A stretch of 64,000 bases of DNA, from contig MU054187.1 of assembly GCA_013239625.1 (NCBI GenBank), positions 1,931,757-1,995,756 of the forward strand. Direction: 5' to 3'. Positions 13,932-27,229 of this stretch are shown here, in pieces; the stretch's first letter is position 1; every line of letters begins with the position of its first letter. The stretch comes from Lama guanicoe (lineage: Eukaryota). The translations under genes and the position numbers were made by a program. The notes beneath the pieces are model-generated. The model ran no database searches. It saw only the letters and a program-made list of their open reading frames with translations, and was not told the origin of the DNA.

Positions 13932-16164
13932 CGAGCTTGCCGATCTGGTACCAAGACGCCTGTCCTCCCAGGCAGCCTCTGGGCCTGGGTCACACTGAAT
14001 TCAACATCACCATCGTTCGTGCCCTGGGCCACGGGAAGTCACACTTCTCTTAAGGTGTCTGTTTGCCTCTGCTTTATTTTGGACTCCTTCCCCTAAAAGG
14101 CTGCTGTTTCTACAAGTCCCATGGGGCTGGAAGATGGGGCGAGACCCCAGAGCTGGCCGGTGAGAGGAAACCGGTGGTGGGGGGCAGACTGTGAAGACAG
14201 CACAGCCCCAGGGTGACTGGGGAGGAACAGGAGCCCCTGGGGGCTAAATGCGGGAGCGGCAAGGCCTGGGGCGTGTGGGCGGTGCGTGGAAAGGAAGGAG
14301 ACAGGGACTGGGCCAGGAACGCCGTCAGAGCAGGTGTGCAGGAGCTTGGTGCTTTCTGGGACAGGTGGTAACACATTCCACACATGGGCCAGGTAAGGTC
14401 CTGTGAATGATGGGCAGGAGTGACTCTAGGGAAGGAGAAGTGAGGACGCAGGAGCGAACGTCACATCCCTACAAAGCCCGTCTCCGCCAGGGTCCTCCCT
14501 AGAGGCTCTGAGACCTGTGAGCTCTACACACACTACCTGCTTCCTCGGCAGGCGCGGAGAGGCGGGGAGAGGGGAAGCTGCTCGGCGCTGTGCATCTAGG
14601 AACTGGACAAGGGGGACCCAGAGAGCCCGGCCTCCTGTTCCTGTGCACACGCGGGGCGAGGAGGCGGCGGGCTCTGCCCAGGCCTCCCTGGCGCCTGGTG
14701 ACATACCGACAGACGTCGCCCATGCTGTCCTCTCTTGCCCAAATACAGTGTTCTCCCCTGGTTGTCTAGAGACAGGTGCTGGAAGACAAGTGTGCCGTTC
14801 GAGGGAGCAAAGTAGCAGATGTTATAGCAGTGGGCCCCATTCCCCCTGCAAGCAGGACGCTTTGCAGGGAAGTCAGGGTGCAGGCGGGGACGTTATCCAT
14901 TTCTCCAGGTAAGACGCCCTCTTTCACGACCCCCTCCTCGTCCCTCGGCGGACACCTGCTCCACGCTGGGGTGCACTCTGACCCTCAGCCAGTCAGGAGG
15001 ACGGTGAAGAAGCCGGCAGGTGAGTCTCCCTAAGAAAGCCCGAAGGGCACCGCTCACAGGCCCGTCGGTCTGTCTTTCAAGAAAACAAAGACGTGTGTCA
15101 GTTCCCCGGGCGCATTCAGACCTTCGTTACAGGGACAACGAAAATAACCAAGAGATCTCTCTGAAAAGCAGCTACACAGGGAGACTGAGAAAGTGGGGAA
15201 ACATGTCCAATTCTGGCGTCTCTGGGGACGGTCCCCACCCTCGTTTTGTCTGCCATCAAGCACTAGATTCTAAGGGGCAATGACCTGGCCAGGAAGAGGA
15301 ATGGCAGCCACAAGGGGGCCTCGGGAGCGCCGGACCCCGCAGGCAGTGGCTGGGCGTGGACGCAGACCCGGGTGCCCAGGGCGCCGAGCAGCCCAGGAGG
15401 AGTGGGGCCCGCCACGGTGAAAGCAGGCCCGGGCCATCTGTCATAAACACCAGGTCCAAAGGCCACAGGTGCAGACGGCACTGAAAGGTAAACCTGACGG
15501 GCAGGCAGGGGCCCTGGGCAGACGGGAAGGAGCGAGACCCGGGACTGGCTTGCAGTGCGCACACGGGCTAACGACGCTCTGTTCATCTTCAGCACCTGCT
15601 GCTTCTTCGTCTCTCTGGTTCACCATGAATACAACAGGTTTATTTATCAAGGATGTGTGTGTACCCAGGACCAGCCTTCTGCCTCTGGGGAACACAGCAG
15701 AGTTTGTCTTTGGTGTCCTCCCCGGGCCAGCTGGCCGCTGCTGCGGTCGCTCCCCCAGCAGGTGTCAGGGCCCCGTCCTGCGGCCAAAGCCCCCACTCAG
15801 AGCCTGAGTTCACGGCTGCGTTCTTAAAACTGAGAATGCGTATCTCCGGGCCACACACACAGCACAGACATTCGCAGGGCTGACAGAGGGCTGCAACGTG
15901 GCCAGGAGAGCGTGGCGGGAGGGGAGTCACTTCCCACAGCCGAACCTGAAAAGCCCTGGGGAAGAAGCAGAAAGTGGACTCTGGCTGGAAGAACGCGAAG
16001 GACTGGGCGGGAATTTTACTGGCAGAAAGGAGGAGGGAGGGCGGCCCAGAGAGGGAGAGGCGGAGCAAAGGAAGGGAGTTTGGAGGGTTTAGGGGGCGGG
16101 CGGGGGGCAGCAGGCCACGTGTCATTTCGAATTCTGGATCCACCAGAGACTAGCTGATTAACTC

Positions 16165-16395
16165 AGGATGTTAATTAGCCTCTCTGAGCCTTGAGTCCTC
16201 ACCTGCAAAATGAAGAAACCTCGACACAGAAGTATTGAAGATCTTGTAAGGGGCAAGCTCTGTGCTTCGTGTTAAGGGTACCATTAAATTAAGACTATCT
16301 TTCTCAGAGGGTTTACCTTAGGAGTGAAGAATACATATGTGAAGAATTTAGCACAGGACCCAGCAGGGAGCAGTTTCAGTAAATGGCAGCTGATG
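16165..16395 (+). mobile_element. MIR fragments
   Basis: 'cctctctgagccttgagtcctcacctgcaaaatg' core and 'tgtgaagaatttagcacaggacccagca...cagtaaatggcagc' tail. Confidence 0.6.
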
Positions 16396-16399
16396 CCTG

Positions 16400-16580
16400 T
16401 GGGGGTGGCAGTGGTGGCCCTAGAGGTCATAAAAGGGTGGTGGGGACGGAGGTGGAGGTGATCAAGCGGGTGATGGGAGTGGAGGTGGCGAAGTGGGCGG
16501 CAGAGGTGGTGAAGGGGCGGTGATGAAGTGGCTGGTGGTGATGGAGGTGGTGAACAGAGGGTCATGGGGTGATGGTGGCA
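16400..16580. repeat. (GGT/GGA)n low-complexity region
   Basis: ggtggtgatggaggtggtg-type degenerate triplets. Confidence 0.7.
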
Positions 16581-16962
16581 TAAAGGTGAGAGAAGGTGCT
16601 GGCGGGGATGAGGGGTTCACTCTGCCTGGAAAGGAGACCGTGTGACAGGAGGTTAGCCAGAGACGCCTTTTCAGAGGATATTGCCTTGTTGTGGAAGAAA
16701 CCATTCTGATGCGGAATTAGCGGGCTTGATGGGACGGGAACCATCGGCCGTGGAGCTGACTCTGGGTGGGCGAAGCTCTGAGCAGACGATCGAGCCTCCC
16801 GTGGGCCCCCAAACCCCACTTAATGTCCCCTCCCAAGGCCAGCTCTCTGCGCAACTCAGACGTCTAGTAAAATTGACCGCAGGACGGGGGTGCTGGGGAG
16901 GAGGGCACCGGCCTTCCATCCTGGCAGAAACCACAGTCACGGATGGAAACCGTACATCTTCA

Positions 16963-17224
16963 CTTTTTTAATTCTTATTTTTTATTGACGTGTAGTCAGC
17001 TTACAACGTTAGTTTCAGGTGTACAGCAAAGCGATTCAGTTATACACACACATAGAGACATAAATACTTTCAGATTCTTTTCCGTGACATGTTATGACAA
17101 GATACTGACTACAGTTCCCTGTGCTGTACAGTAGGTCCTCATTGTTCATCTGTTTTATGAACAGCAGCGTGTGTCTGTTAGTCCCAAGTCCTAATCTATC
17201 CCTTTTTCCCCGGCGGTTACCATA
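16963..17224 (-). mobile_element. LINE-1 3'UTR fragment (artiodactyl-type)
   Basis: Poly-T then 'gtttcaggtgtacagcaaagcgattcagttata...gttccctgtgctgtacagtaggtcct'. Confidence 0.9.
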
Positions 17225-18366
17225 TACCTTTAAATAGCACAGTCGTTTGATAATTAGTCTGGCCATCAGGAAACTCACACTGAGTTATCAGTCTCGATCA
17301 CTATTATCCCCTTGTGTGAGGGATGAAGGAACCTCCCCCTCATCTTCCCTCTCTTCTTCTCCCCTCCTTGGAAACTCTCCCTTCTTATAAATAATAGCCC
17401 TGTGTCGACCCAAGTTGAAAGCACCTCCGTTTTATTCTGCACACACGTTTCCACGACGGGTCCACCTCCATCCTGCCTAGAGGGGCGGGATGTTCACCCG
17501 CCGTCCCTTCACTCCAGCTTGAGTGGCTGACCTTTACCACCAAGTGTGCTCTCCAGGAACAGCCCAAAGGCACTGACTTCCCTAGTTCATGGAACTTTAA
17601 ACAGGTTTGTTATGTGTCTTATACGAACAGCAGCTTGGCTGGGTGTTGAAGTCTCGAGTCCTGCCTCCCCTCAGAGCTCCCCTCGTTGCCTTTCCCCTGG
17701 GCCGTGCTGAGGAGACAGCCGTCTGAGACCAGCACGGCTTGACTTCTCCTCCTCCTCACCCTCTCTCTGCTGCAGGGAAGTTTTCCCCTATTTCGCACGT
17801 TGCAGTGTTCCAGTTTGGCCTCGGCGTTGCCAGTCCGCCCTTTTCATTTTATTTGGCCAAGTCTTCCTTCTCCTCTGCACTCCAAGGAATTGTTCCAGAG
17901 ACCGCCTCCATCACCCACTTGGTTTTCGAGAAACCTGCGCTCTCCTCTTGACTGTCCCCGTGCATGGACCAGCTCTGCCGTGGCATTGTTAGATCGCCGA
18001 TTTGTTTCCTTAACACCACCCTCTATTTCCACCAAATTAACTATGTATGTTTGTTCATCAGCTTGATGAGTATCTTGTTTCGTTTAATAATGGCCCACGT
18101 TGTTTAATTTTATTCAAAAACTCGAAATTATCTGTATTTGTATCAAAATTACACACACACACAATCTAGGAAGTCAGGGAGAGTTTCATTTAAAAACTAC
18201 CCTCGTGTTCAGTGTTGCCCTCCTTTCGATTCTGCAACCTTCCCTTCTTCTAGTTAATTCTTGTTTTCACCTCCACACTTTAAAGCACTGAGTTGATTCC
18301 AGTTCCGTTGATTAACTCTGGAAAGTCCACCTCGGATTTAAGATGACCCCCTTTTGCCCCACTCAC

Positions 18367-18518
18367 CCAGCACAGTCCCACCCCCTCCGCCAGGATAACA
18401 CCACCGTGATTTTTCCCGGTGTGAGTGGTCAGAGCAGGCCTGCCGCAACGGCTGCTCCTTCAGTTGAGAAATTCAGGAGCTACAGCGGGTTTCTCCAATT
18501 ATCCAACTTTTCGTTTTC
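18367..18518 (-). ncRNA. Candidate non-coding exon (152 nt)
   Basis: Acceptor tgttctgtgttgcttctccag|G at 18518; donor TGG|gtgagt at 18367; stops in all three frames. Confidence 0.3.
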
Positions 18519-19593
18519 CTGGAGAAGCAACACAGAACAGCAGCCGGCAGCACGGACTCCGTACACCACTCACAGCGCTGACGCTGGTCCAGCCACCTGC
18601 CCACCCGCACGACCTGCGTGGACGACGTGGACGACGGGGGCTCCCCCAGAGGCGAGCGGGCCAGACAAGGTCCCGGAGGTGACGTGCTCGGGGGGCGCCC
18701 ACACCTCAGTCAGCCGTGATCGCCAGCTACTGTCAGAGATGCATTTACGGAGCGGCCCAAGGCCCCTCCAGACCCAGGAAGGGTCCTGACGGCATCAGCT
18801 GGTGCGATTTTGCAAAACTTGAAAAAAATGAGGTAGTTTAACCAAAACTGATGGAGGCCATCGTCTCCATTGCACCAATGTCCCTCTCACCACCCCTCGG
18901 GTGAGCACTCTTATCTTGCTATAGTGACTTCCTTAATTTCCAGCAGTTCTTTTGTTCTCTAAATGTCTTTCCACAATTGTATGTCCTTGGAAATATTAGT
19001 AACAGACCATTGTTACACTTCTCATCCTCTTTATTATTTCCACTTCCCCCGGGGTGCTGCTCCGTCAGCAGTTGGCCTGGAGGCTCCCGGGTCTCCGGTC
19101 CTCCCGGGTCAGCCCATGTTAAGAGCGAGGGCGTGGGGCTCGTTAACTGCGGGCTGTGCGGGCGGCCGGTCCTCCTGTGCCAGAATCTTCAGCATCTTTC
19201 CTCCCTGGCCAGTCCCAGTCCCAGGGACATTTTTCCTGCTGTTTTCCCAGATGTCAAAGGCCTGGCTGCGGGTGTGGTGGGAGCAAGGTGAGGGGAGACG
19301 GTGGGCATGGAGCCTCGGCCTCCAGAGGCGCATGTTCAGCTGACCTGCTGACCTCAGGTGTGTCAGCTCGGGCACCGGGCCCTGCAGGACAGAGCACCCC
19401 TGTGTTACTGACTCCGGAAAGTGAATCCGTGTCTCGGGCTGCACAGCGTGAAGCAGGGAAAACCCTGCTGATGTGGACTTGCGATCAAACAGACCCCTTA
19501 TTCCGGCTGCCCCTTCGCACTCCACCGTAACTTTACCAAGGGCTCCGAGGCCCTGAGCCCCTAGGGGATTTTGTCCTTACATTAGCTCCCCCG

Positions 19594-19710
19594 TTATTTC
19601 ATTTATTTATTTTCTATTGAAGTCGAGTCAGTTGACAATGCTGTGTCAATTTCTGGTGCACAGCACAGTGTCTCAGTCATACATGGACGCACACATATTC
19701 CTTTCCATTT
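19594..19710 (-). mobile_element. Short LINE-1 3' tail
   Basis: 'tattgaagtcgagtcagttgacaatgctgtgtcaatttctggtgcacagcacagtg' is the antisense L1 terminus. Confidence 0.85.
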
Positions 19711-20289
19711 CGGGTTCAATGCTTCACCTGCAGGTGTAGGATTGACCCTTGGGTGAAACCTGTTCCACCATGTACCTCTCATCAAACTTTATCCTAGCTT
19801 CCAAAATTTTTTAAATTCTCTTCATTCTTTCTGGGGAGACGCTGGAGGACACAAGAATAGATATATGTGTGCAACCGGCCATCCTGGCCTGGAAACCTCC
19901 AGAGCAGGTTTCAGGAACACAGCCTCTCCTGCACGTCACCAGCCATCCGCTCCCCTCCCCCGGCCCTCCTGCCTGCCCTCCTTCTCCCTCTTTTTTTCTT
20001 GTTTCTGTGATGCTTTGCTTGGCTGTCACAGCATTTCCTTTTATTTATGCTAATGTAACCTGTGCAATTTTGTCAAGATGAAAATTTTGTCTTTCTAAGA
20101 TGGTCTGGACAGACTCCCCTGGACTTACCTGCACCCTGCCGTCCCTGACACCCACCCCCTGCTCCTCGGAGGTTTCACAGCTGGTTACGTCTTATTGCAG
20201 AAGCATCAGGAGGGGGTGGAAGGAGCTGTCCTGAGGTTGGGTGTGTGTGGCTGGTGGGCTAGGATTCCACACCTAAAAATCCTGGATCA

Positions 20290-20842
20290 TGTAACAGCAC
20301 CATTTACAACAGCCTAGACATGGAAACAACCCAAATGTCCATTGACAGATGACTGGATAAAGAAGATGCAACACACACACACAATGGAATACTACTCAGC
20401 CATAAAAATGAAATGTCATTGGCAGCAACATGGATAGACCTAGAGATTATCATACTCAATGAAGTAAGTTAGAAAGAGAAAGAAAAACATCATATGATGT
20501 CACTCAGATGTGGAATCTAATACAAAAAAAAAAAAAAGAAGAGACTAATGAACTTGCCTACCAAACAGAAACAGACTCACAGACGTAGAAAACAAAGTTA
20601 CAGTTACCAAAGGGGAAAGTGGGGGAGAGGGATAACTTGGGAGAAACTACTATACATAAAATAGATACACAATGGGGTCCTACTGTACAGCACAGGGAAC
20701 TATATTCAATACCTTGTAATAGCTTATAATGAAAAAGAACATATATATGTACACATATACATGCATGTGTAACTGAATCACTGTGCTGTGCACAAGAAAC
20801 TAACACAACGCTGGAAATCAGCAACACTTCAACTTAAAAAAA
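20290..20842 (+). mobile_element. LINE-1 3' end
   Basis: 'catggaaacaacccaaatgtccattgacagatgactggataaagaagatg', 'tactgtacagcacagggaactatattcaatacc', ending 'cttcaacttaaaaaaa'. Confidence 0.95.
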
Positions 20843-20899
20843 TCAGACACAAAACAGAATCTTCACATAGTCTCAAGGCACCTCCCCAGGAGGTATTAA

Positions 20900-21608
20900 C
20901 ACTTCAAAAAGGAAAAATGGTAACCATGCCGTGAAGAACGCCTTGCCCAATCGGACAAACCATTAAGGAGGCCAATCAGCCCCCAGGCCTCCTGACACAA
21001 CACACGGAGGAGAACACGGTGTCCCTCCCGCGGTCTTCCTGCCAAACGGACGTCTTGAATCAGATCATGAGGAGGCGTCACACAAACCCAAACCGAGCAT
21101 GTTTTACCCAGTAACTGGCCTCTGCTCTTCAAACGTGGCAGGGTCATGGGAGAGAAGGACTGAGAGTGTTCCTGATGAAAAGAAACCAAGGACCCGGGAC
21201 AGTTTAACATGATGCATAACCCTGGGTGGATCCTGCACAAATTTTTTTTTTGCCATAATGGACATTGTTGGGACAACTGGCATGTTTTGAACAAAGCGTG
21301 TAGACTGGATCGCTGTTAGCTGCCTGACTTTGACCTTGCATTGCAGGAAGGTCAGATACGTCCCCGTGTTTTGGAATACACGTTATGGTGGTCAGCAGAC
21401 AGTGGGGGGAGTCATGTCTAGATCTTATCGAACATTTCATGAAAAAATAATACGTAAGTGTGTGCGTGGCCACGTACGCAGAAATACAGGAAGAGAGGAG
21501 GCAGATTTGGTAAAACGTTCACAACTGGGGAATCCTGGTGCACGGTATACAGGAAGTCTTTATACGCACAACTATTTCTGAGTTTGAAGTTATTTCTAAG
21601 TAAGAAGG
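20900..21608 (+). mobile_element. L1MC-like 3'UTR fragment
   Basis: 'ccctgggtggatcctgcac', 'ggacattgttgggacaactgg', ending 'aactatttctgagtttgaagttatttctaagtaag'. Confidence 0.65.
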
Positions 21609-21679
21609 CTGGAAATGTCAGCAGGGCAGCACGGCCTCCTTAGGGACAGGTCTGTGCCCACGGCCGTCGAGAGGACAGC

Positions 21680-21880
21680 GGCGCCCTGGGGTTCAAACCC
21701 AGTTCCAGCCCCTCAGTAGTTTTATGGTCTTGAAAATTTTCCTTCCTTCTCTAAGAGCCTCGGTCCCATCGCTTGCACGACGCAGATGATAATGACAACC
21801 TTCAAGGGCTCTTGAGAGAATGAAATGAAGTGACACACTGAGACGAGACGCACGCCCGACGCAGGACAGGGCGCGGGGCG
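21680..21880 (+). mobile_element. MIR
   Basis: 'gggttcaaacccagttcc...gagcctcggtcccatcgcttgc...gataatgacaacc...tgagagaatgaaatga'. Confidence 0.65.
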
Positions 21881-22936
21881 TTGCGGAAAGAACGGCTGGC
21901 GGCCCCGGGAGAACGGAAGGCACTGAGGCGTTTGCCGCCCGGGCAGCGAGCAGCCCGCGGGTTGCCTCTCTGGTTTCACCGCAGCCGAACATCGAACAGA
22001 CACTGAGCAGCTGACGCGAGGGATGCCGAGGGGCGGAGGAAGGGAAGGTGGAACAGGGAGTGGCTCCTGCAACCGGGCACCCCGTTCTCCTGCACCAGGT
22101 CAGCGGACGAGACCTGGGAAGAGACGGCAAACGACGCCCATTCTTCCCCACGCTGTCCCTCTAAGCATTTTGAGAACCTTAACCCCAACTCATCCTTTTA
22201 TATTTCTACTTCTATTTTCTATCAAGATAAGAATATCAACTTATGTTTAATGTTTAACCAAAATGCTAGTTAAAAACAAAACAAACTCAATCCTATGGAT
22301 ATATTTTAAGGCTCAGACACTTTTCTATAAAAAGATGGCATCTAAATATACACATATTTAAAAAAAAAACAGTCCTTTAGCATCTTCCAAGCAACTTGCC
22401 ACCCGTAGCTTTAAGTCGCCTGTTCCAGAGCTGGGCACTGTTTTAACCAGGTGCTACGTTACGGCCTCAGAACCATAACTGTGCTTATGCCCCTTGAACA
22501 CGTGGATGGAAGGGAACGTTTGCTCAAGTTTCCCATCAGTGAATGCAGAGCTTAGGCTAGTCTCTGGCTTGTACAAACACCATGCTTATTAATTCAGAAT
22601 ATTCATTCGGTTATTGAAACACTAAGACAAAGCCGCACAGTGCGAGCCGACTCTCTATTGCACATATTAGCTTTGCACAAAACCCTCCGGCTCTGGAGTA
22701 AGTGTCCAGGATTCGCCTGCCTCTTTGAATTTTTTAAACCACGATTTACGTATCAAACCTTTATCACCAATGCTCACCAACAGCAGAGACTCCAAATTAT
22801 CAAAAGAAGTCCATCCTGATTAAGAACTCTCCAGCTGGATTTCAGCGTAAGAAATTCTAAAACTGCCTGTGCGCCGTCCGGTCCGCGCCAGGAGCCGCAG
22901 CATCCTTTAATTAAAAGCCAGCGATACGACTCATAC

Positions 22937-23004
22937 CACCTGTTTCATTGATTCTGCTCTATTCCTATTTTGGTCAGCGTTCTCTGCTGAGGATTTAAAC
23001 TTTC
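22937..23004 (-). ncRNA. Candidate exon (68 nt)
   Basis: Acceptor tttgctatttgttttcag|G at 23004; donor GTG|gtatga at 22937 (alternative CAG|gtggta at 22940). Confidence 0.3.
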
Positions 23005-25251
23005 CTGAAAACAAATAGCAAATATTTATTCAAACTGATTACTATTACTTCACACCCTGAGAGCTACATGTCCTACTATAAAATTACATCTATTGCTGTT
23101 AATTTTGACAAGCCAAGGATTACGCAGAGTGACAATCACAGCGGGAACTGTAGCTGGTAGAGGGGCTGGTAGCTAAAGCAACTATGAACGTTACTAAATG
23201 CATACACTTTCCTATTCTGTGCATGCCTATTACAGACACACATCCTCATCAAAATTTCTTCTAGGCCCTTTAGATTTTTTAAAAATTTTCTTACTTAGAC
23301 ACATTTTAATGGGATGCTCACATCCCAGTGAGTGTATCAGACAACGTATAACAAACACAGGGAGAGAGGTGGGGAGGGAGGGGGAGGAGATCGGAGTGGG
23401 CGCTCCGCCCTCATGGCCGGGTCTGGACGACAGATGATTAATTGCCCGGCTCTCTAGACTTTGAGTGCAACGTGGAGCCAATAGGGAGACGGTGGCAGAA
23501 GCCCCCACTCGGACAGCAATCTGCTCCCACTTAGAGAGTTCCGCTGGTGCGATCCGCAGGCTGCATGTCCCGCTGCCACATTTGTCAATCAACCCAGGCA
23601 CTCGTCAATCCGTGGTGAGGACCAGAGCCAGGGTAAAGAAAAAAAGAGAAAAAAATTCTAACTGCACTGTCTGCCCAGATGAGGTGAAATGTTTTATTTG
23701 AAACAAAACACAGACTGTGACCAACATGCAGCAGAGGAGGCTTCACTGACCACAGGGTCAGTGGCTCCGATTTCTCCCCTCCCTTCTGCTCTTCAGAAAC
23801 AATTCTGGGGTGGAAATAGCACAGTGGAACAAGGCTCTCTCCTCGTGGCTTCACAATGGGTCTGAGTCAGTGGTTATGAGAGCCACCAGGGTCCCGAGAT
23901 GCCACTCAGACCAGCAGTGGTGGCTTCCGGGGGCCGGCAATCTGCCCCTGAAGGTGTTCTGTGGGGGAGGGGGGGACATAGGGTAAGAGACTGGGAGTTC
24001 ACTCTCAGGAGTCTGCCCGGGGGCCGTGAGGAGGAGAGAAGGACCTCCCAGGACACTGGGCAGTGACTGTGGCCCACCCACCCCCCGAATTAAAACAAGA
24101 GCTTCATGACATGAACCCGCAGCAGCGGCTGAAGTCCTAACACCCAGGGGGATGGCTCCGTGTGAAATCCACCCACCCCTTCCCCGGACCACTCACACCA
24201 GCCCCTTGCACGGAGTCTGTGGTGTCCCTCCTGCTACGCTCATGACTCACAGCGGGAAGCGAAGTGTCGGGGAGTTCAAGGGCACTTTGACTGGGACCAG
24301 ATGAACGGCTGCGGTTGCCCGGGAAACCTCTGAGGACAACAGTATCTGGTACGCCAAATATCTGAAGTCAACATGAGCCCGAGTCACTTATAGGCAAACC
24401 CAAGAGACCTGACGGCACGAGCGGGACACCTGGCTTGCGGGAGTCTCTCCGAGTTGCTATGTGCTCGTGAACTTGGGGTCCTAATTAGCCAGTAGGAACG
24501 ACCATCTTCAATGCCGACTTTCAGACTACAGGAGGAAATTCGGCACAAGGGCGTTTGGAGTCCCTGAACACGTGTGCCCTGACCACGAAACGCGGGTGTT
24601 TATCGTGACCTCTGAGGAAACAGGACATACAGTTGTCCCTCCGGGTTCTCCAGGACTCTGTTCCAATCTGGTCCGTCTTATTCCCTCCAAAACGTACGTC
24701 AAGTGTTGACTATTACTACATGTGGGGTTTTTTTAGAACATAAAATGTTTGCTGTAGTAATTTTGATGAGAAAAAATTTAACAAGTAAAACAGTGTGCGA
24801 TCATTTACATCCAGGACATGCGGAGTTAATGGAAACCTTTCTAAAGCTGCATTTTCCTTCAAAAGCTGAGTTTGGTAGGGGCTGTTCCATGAATCTGAAT
24901 TATGATTTTTTTCAATGTTTTTCAACAGAAAAATCACTCTGAGTAGCTTTATGGTGAAAACATGTGCACACTGCTGGTATCTGCATTCACAGAGCCTTTT
25001 GTCACAAAACACATCACAGTGAGATCACAGTGCAGACACCTCGGACGAGGAAATCAAGTTTTGTCCTCACACCCCAACACCTCCATGGGAGTTATTTAGA
25101 GATTAGGGTGTTGGGGCCTTTTGGCATTTTATTTAGAGGTGTGTGAGTTCGGTGGAGGCTGCTGTCCAAAAAGTGCTACCTTCATGCAGACGTTCTCACT
25201 TCAGGTTTGCAGGCAGCTGCTGGGAAACGCTTCTGGGTTCGCTGCTCTGCG

Positions 25252-25265
25252 CTGCCCTCTGCCGG
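25252..25265 (-). promoter_or_regulatory. CTCF core motif
   Basis: Minus strand CCGGCAGAGGGCAG fits CCRSYAGRKGGCRS at every position. Confidence 0.5.
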
Positions 25266-26217
25266 CGGCCTCCTGCAAATGGTTTCAGGACACAAGCCGG
25301 TACCACCCGCATCTCCACCCGAGTTCATCAATGCGCCGCTTAAGGGGCCCTGTTTCTGATGCGGTGATGTACAAAGCTGAATTTTAATTTAAAATGTTTA
25401 AAGAAATAATTCAGGTAAATTTTGTTTAATTTCAAGATCTTTGAATTTAGTTTCTGTTGCAGGTTGGAGGTGAAACTTTTCCCCAGAGAATTTACACAGT
25501 CACAAGCAGCATGCTAACAGCAAACTAAGGACACTATTTCATCTAAAAAAAAAGGTTATCAAGTTGGTAATGAAAACAATAGGTTACTCTGAACTTATTT
25601 AATTGAGGATGGCTTTATGAGGAATGTCATCATTTTTTTTATCTCAACTGCGCCACCATGACTTACAAGAGAATCACCTCTTTTGCGTTACTCACTCTAA
25701 AGTTGACCTAACAGGGCCATTCCAAGTAATCTGACAGCAGTTTATCTGAAACAGTTAGAAAGATCAAGGCTCCAAGGTGCATACAGCAGATGTATCTCAC
25801 CAGTTACTCGAAAATCATAAGCTTGACCCAAGTCAGAACGCCTGCAATCATAATTTCTACTTGAGTTACAACTGCTTTACTTTACCCACAATCATGAGAC
25901 AGAAAACCGACAAAAATGACCTTAGAACCAAGGGCTTGACCTCTAAGCCTGCTGCAAAGACCATCTTGTTACAGTGCTAATGTTATGTGTATATAACCCG
26001 TCAGCAAGTAACAGTGTTACCCATGCTTTGCTTCAGAAACTCATCCAGGAGTCCAAGTACCATGAACTGACCCATGCAATCTTTATCCCTTTGAATTTCG
26101 TTCAAAGCACTCATGCCAGAGTTCTAAATGGTGTTCACTTCTAGGGACCAAAATTAGCTGGGAATTTTTTTAAAAAGATTTTATCACTCAGGGGAAGACC
26201 CATAAATTTTGATTCCT

Positions 26218-26297
26218 TGGCGCCTGAACTCAGCAAAGGAAACCTACAGAGTGTGAATGGCGCCTGAACTCAGGAAAGGAAACCTACAGAGTGTGAA
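26218..26297. repeat. Tandem duplication, 2 x 40 bp
   Basis: tggcgcctgaactcag(c/g)aaaggaaacctacagagtgtgaa at 26218-26257 and 26258-26297, 39/40 identical. Confidence 0.97.
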
Positions 26298-26801
26298 TAG
26301 TGCAGGTCTCACATAGCAACAAAGTAACGGCTCCAGCAAGCAATGTGTCTTCATGTTTGATGCTTATTATGGGTAAGCAACAGATGCACTTCTCATCTGA
26401 GCACCATAAAAGTGACTTTTTAAGAATCCTAAATAGAAAATGAGTCAGTCCCTGTGCAAATATAAACCCAAAAGAAATTCCATACTGTACGAGTAACATT
26501 TGCAGCGTTAAACACATGGATGTTTTAGTGGGAGACGTGCCTACAGAGCACAGCCCCTCACGTCCCGGCACCCCGCGCACATGTGCTCTGAGGCTCTCCA
26601 ACCGGCCCTGGAAACTCCGACGGTCACAGTGGACCAGAGCCACTTGCCCACACCCATCCCCGCGAGAGGGAGGGGCAGAAGCTGGACCCTTCTCGCTGCC
26701 CACCCCCCCATCCATCCTGCTTCAGTGCTTTGTGTTTTATTCCCAAAGTCCAACCCATGAAGTAACCTGAATCTACTTTTTACAACATTGTTTTTTCTTA
26801 C

Positions 26802-26926
26802 CTTTACCTGGAGAATCTCTACAGATGCGTGGAAAGATCTCTCTTCCGGGATATATTCCAAAACGCTCTTATGCTGCTCCTCTTGGGGTGTCTCCACTCT
26901 GCCCCATTCAGGAAGGGGATGACTTT
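26802..26926 (-). ncRNA. Candidate second exon of a transcript from the 27-kb CpG island
   Basis: Acceptor with T-run then cctcctgtag|A at 26926; tandem donors CAG|gtaaag (26808) and AAG|gtaaga (26802); upstream donor GAG|gtaagg at 27158. Confidence 0.4.
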
Positions 26927-27229
26927 CTACAGGAGGAAAAAAAGGGTGCCTATGAAAATGATCGTAACCACATGACTGGCTTTCCATCAGATCTAAATAA
27001 ATGCCAAACCAACGTGCGCAGCACCTCGGGAAACTCTGTGAGGCACTGGTTTGGGGTTGGTGGCAGAAACCTTCTCTCCTCTTGTAGCTTTGTTAGGAGC
27101 TCTGTTTTCCAAGATGGAAAACAAGTCCCGGTTATCTCAGTGATGTTTGCTCCTTACCTCTAGCGTTCCCAGGAGGTCACATTCTGTTAAAAACATCCTG
27201 CCCTTCTCCCCACAGAAAAGTTCCATGGA

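Noticed and set aside
18829..18850. TGAGGTAGT let-7-like start
   Set aside because: Match ends after about 9 nt and there is no precursor hairpin
24627..24960. Possible Tigger/MER2-like DNA transposon start (cagttgtccctc)
   Set aside because: No matching terminal inverted repeat found; too diverged to call
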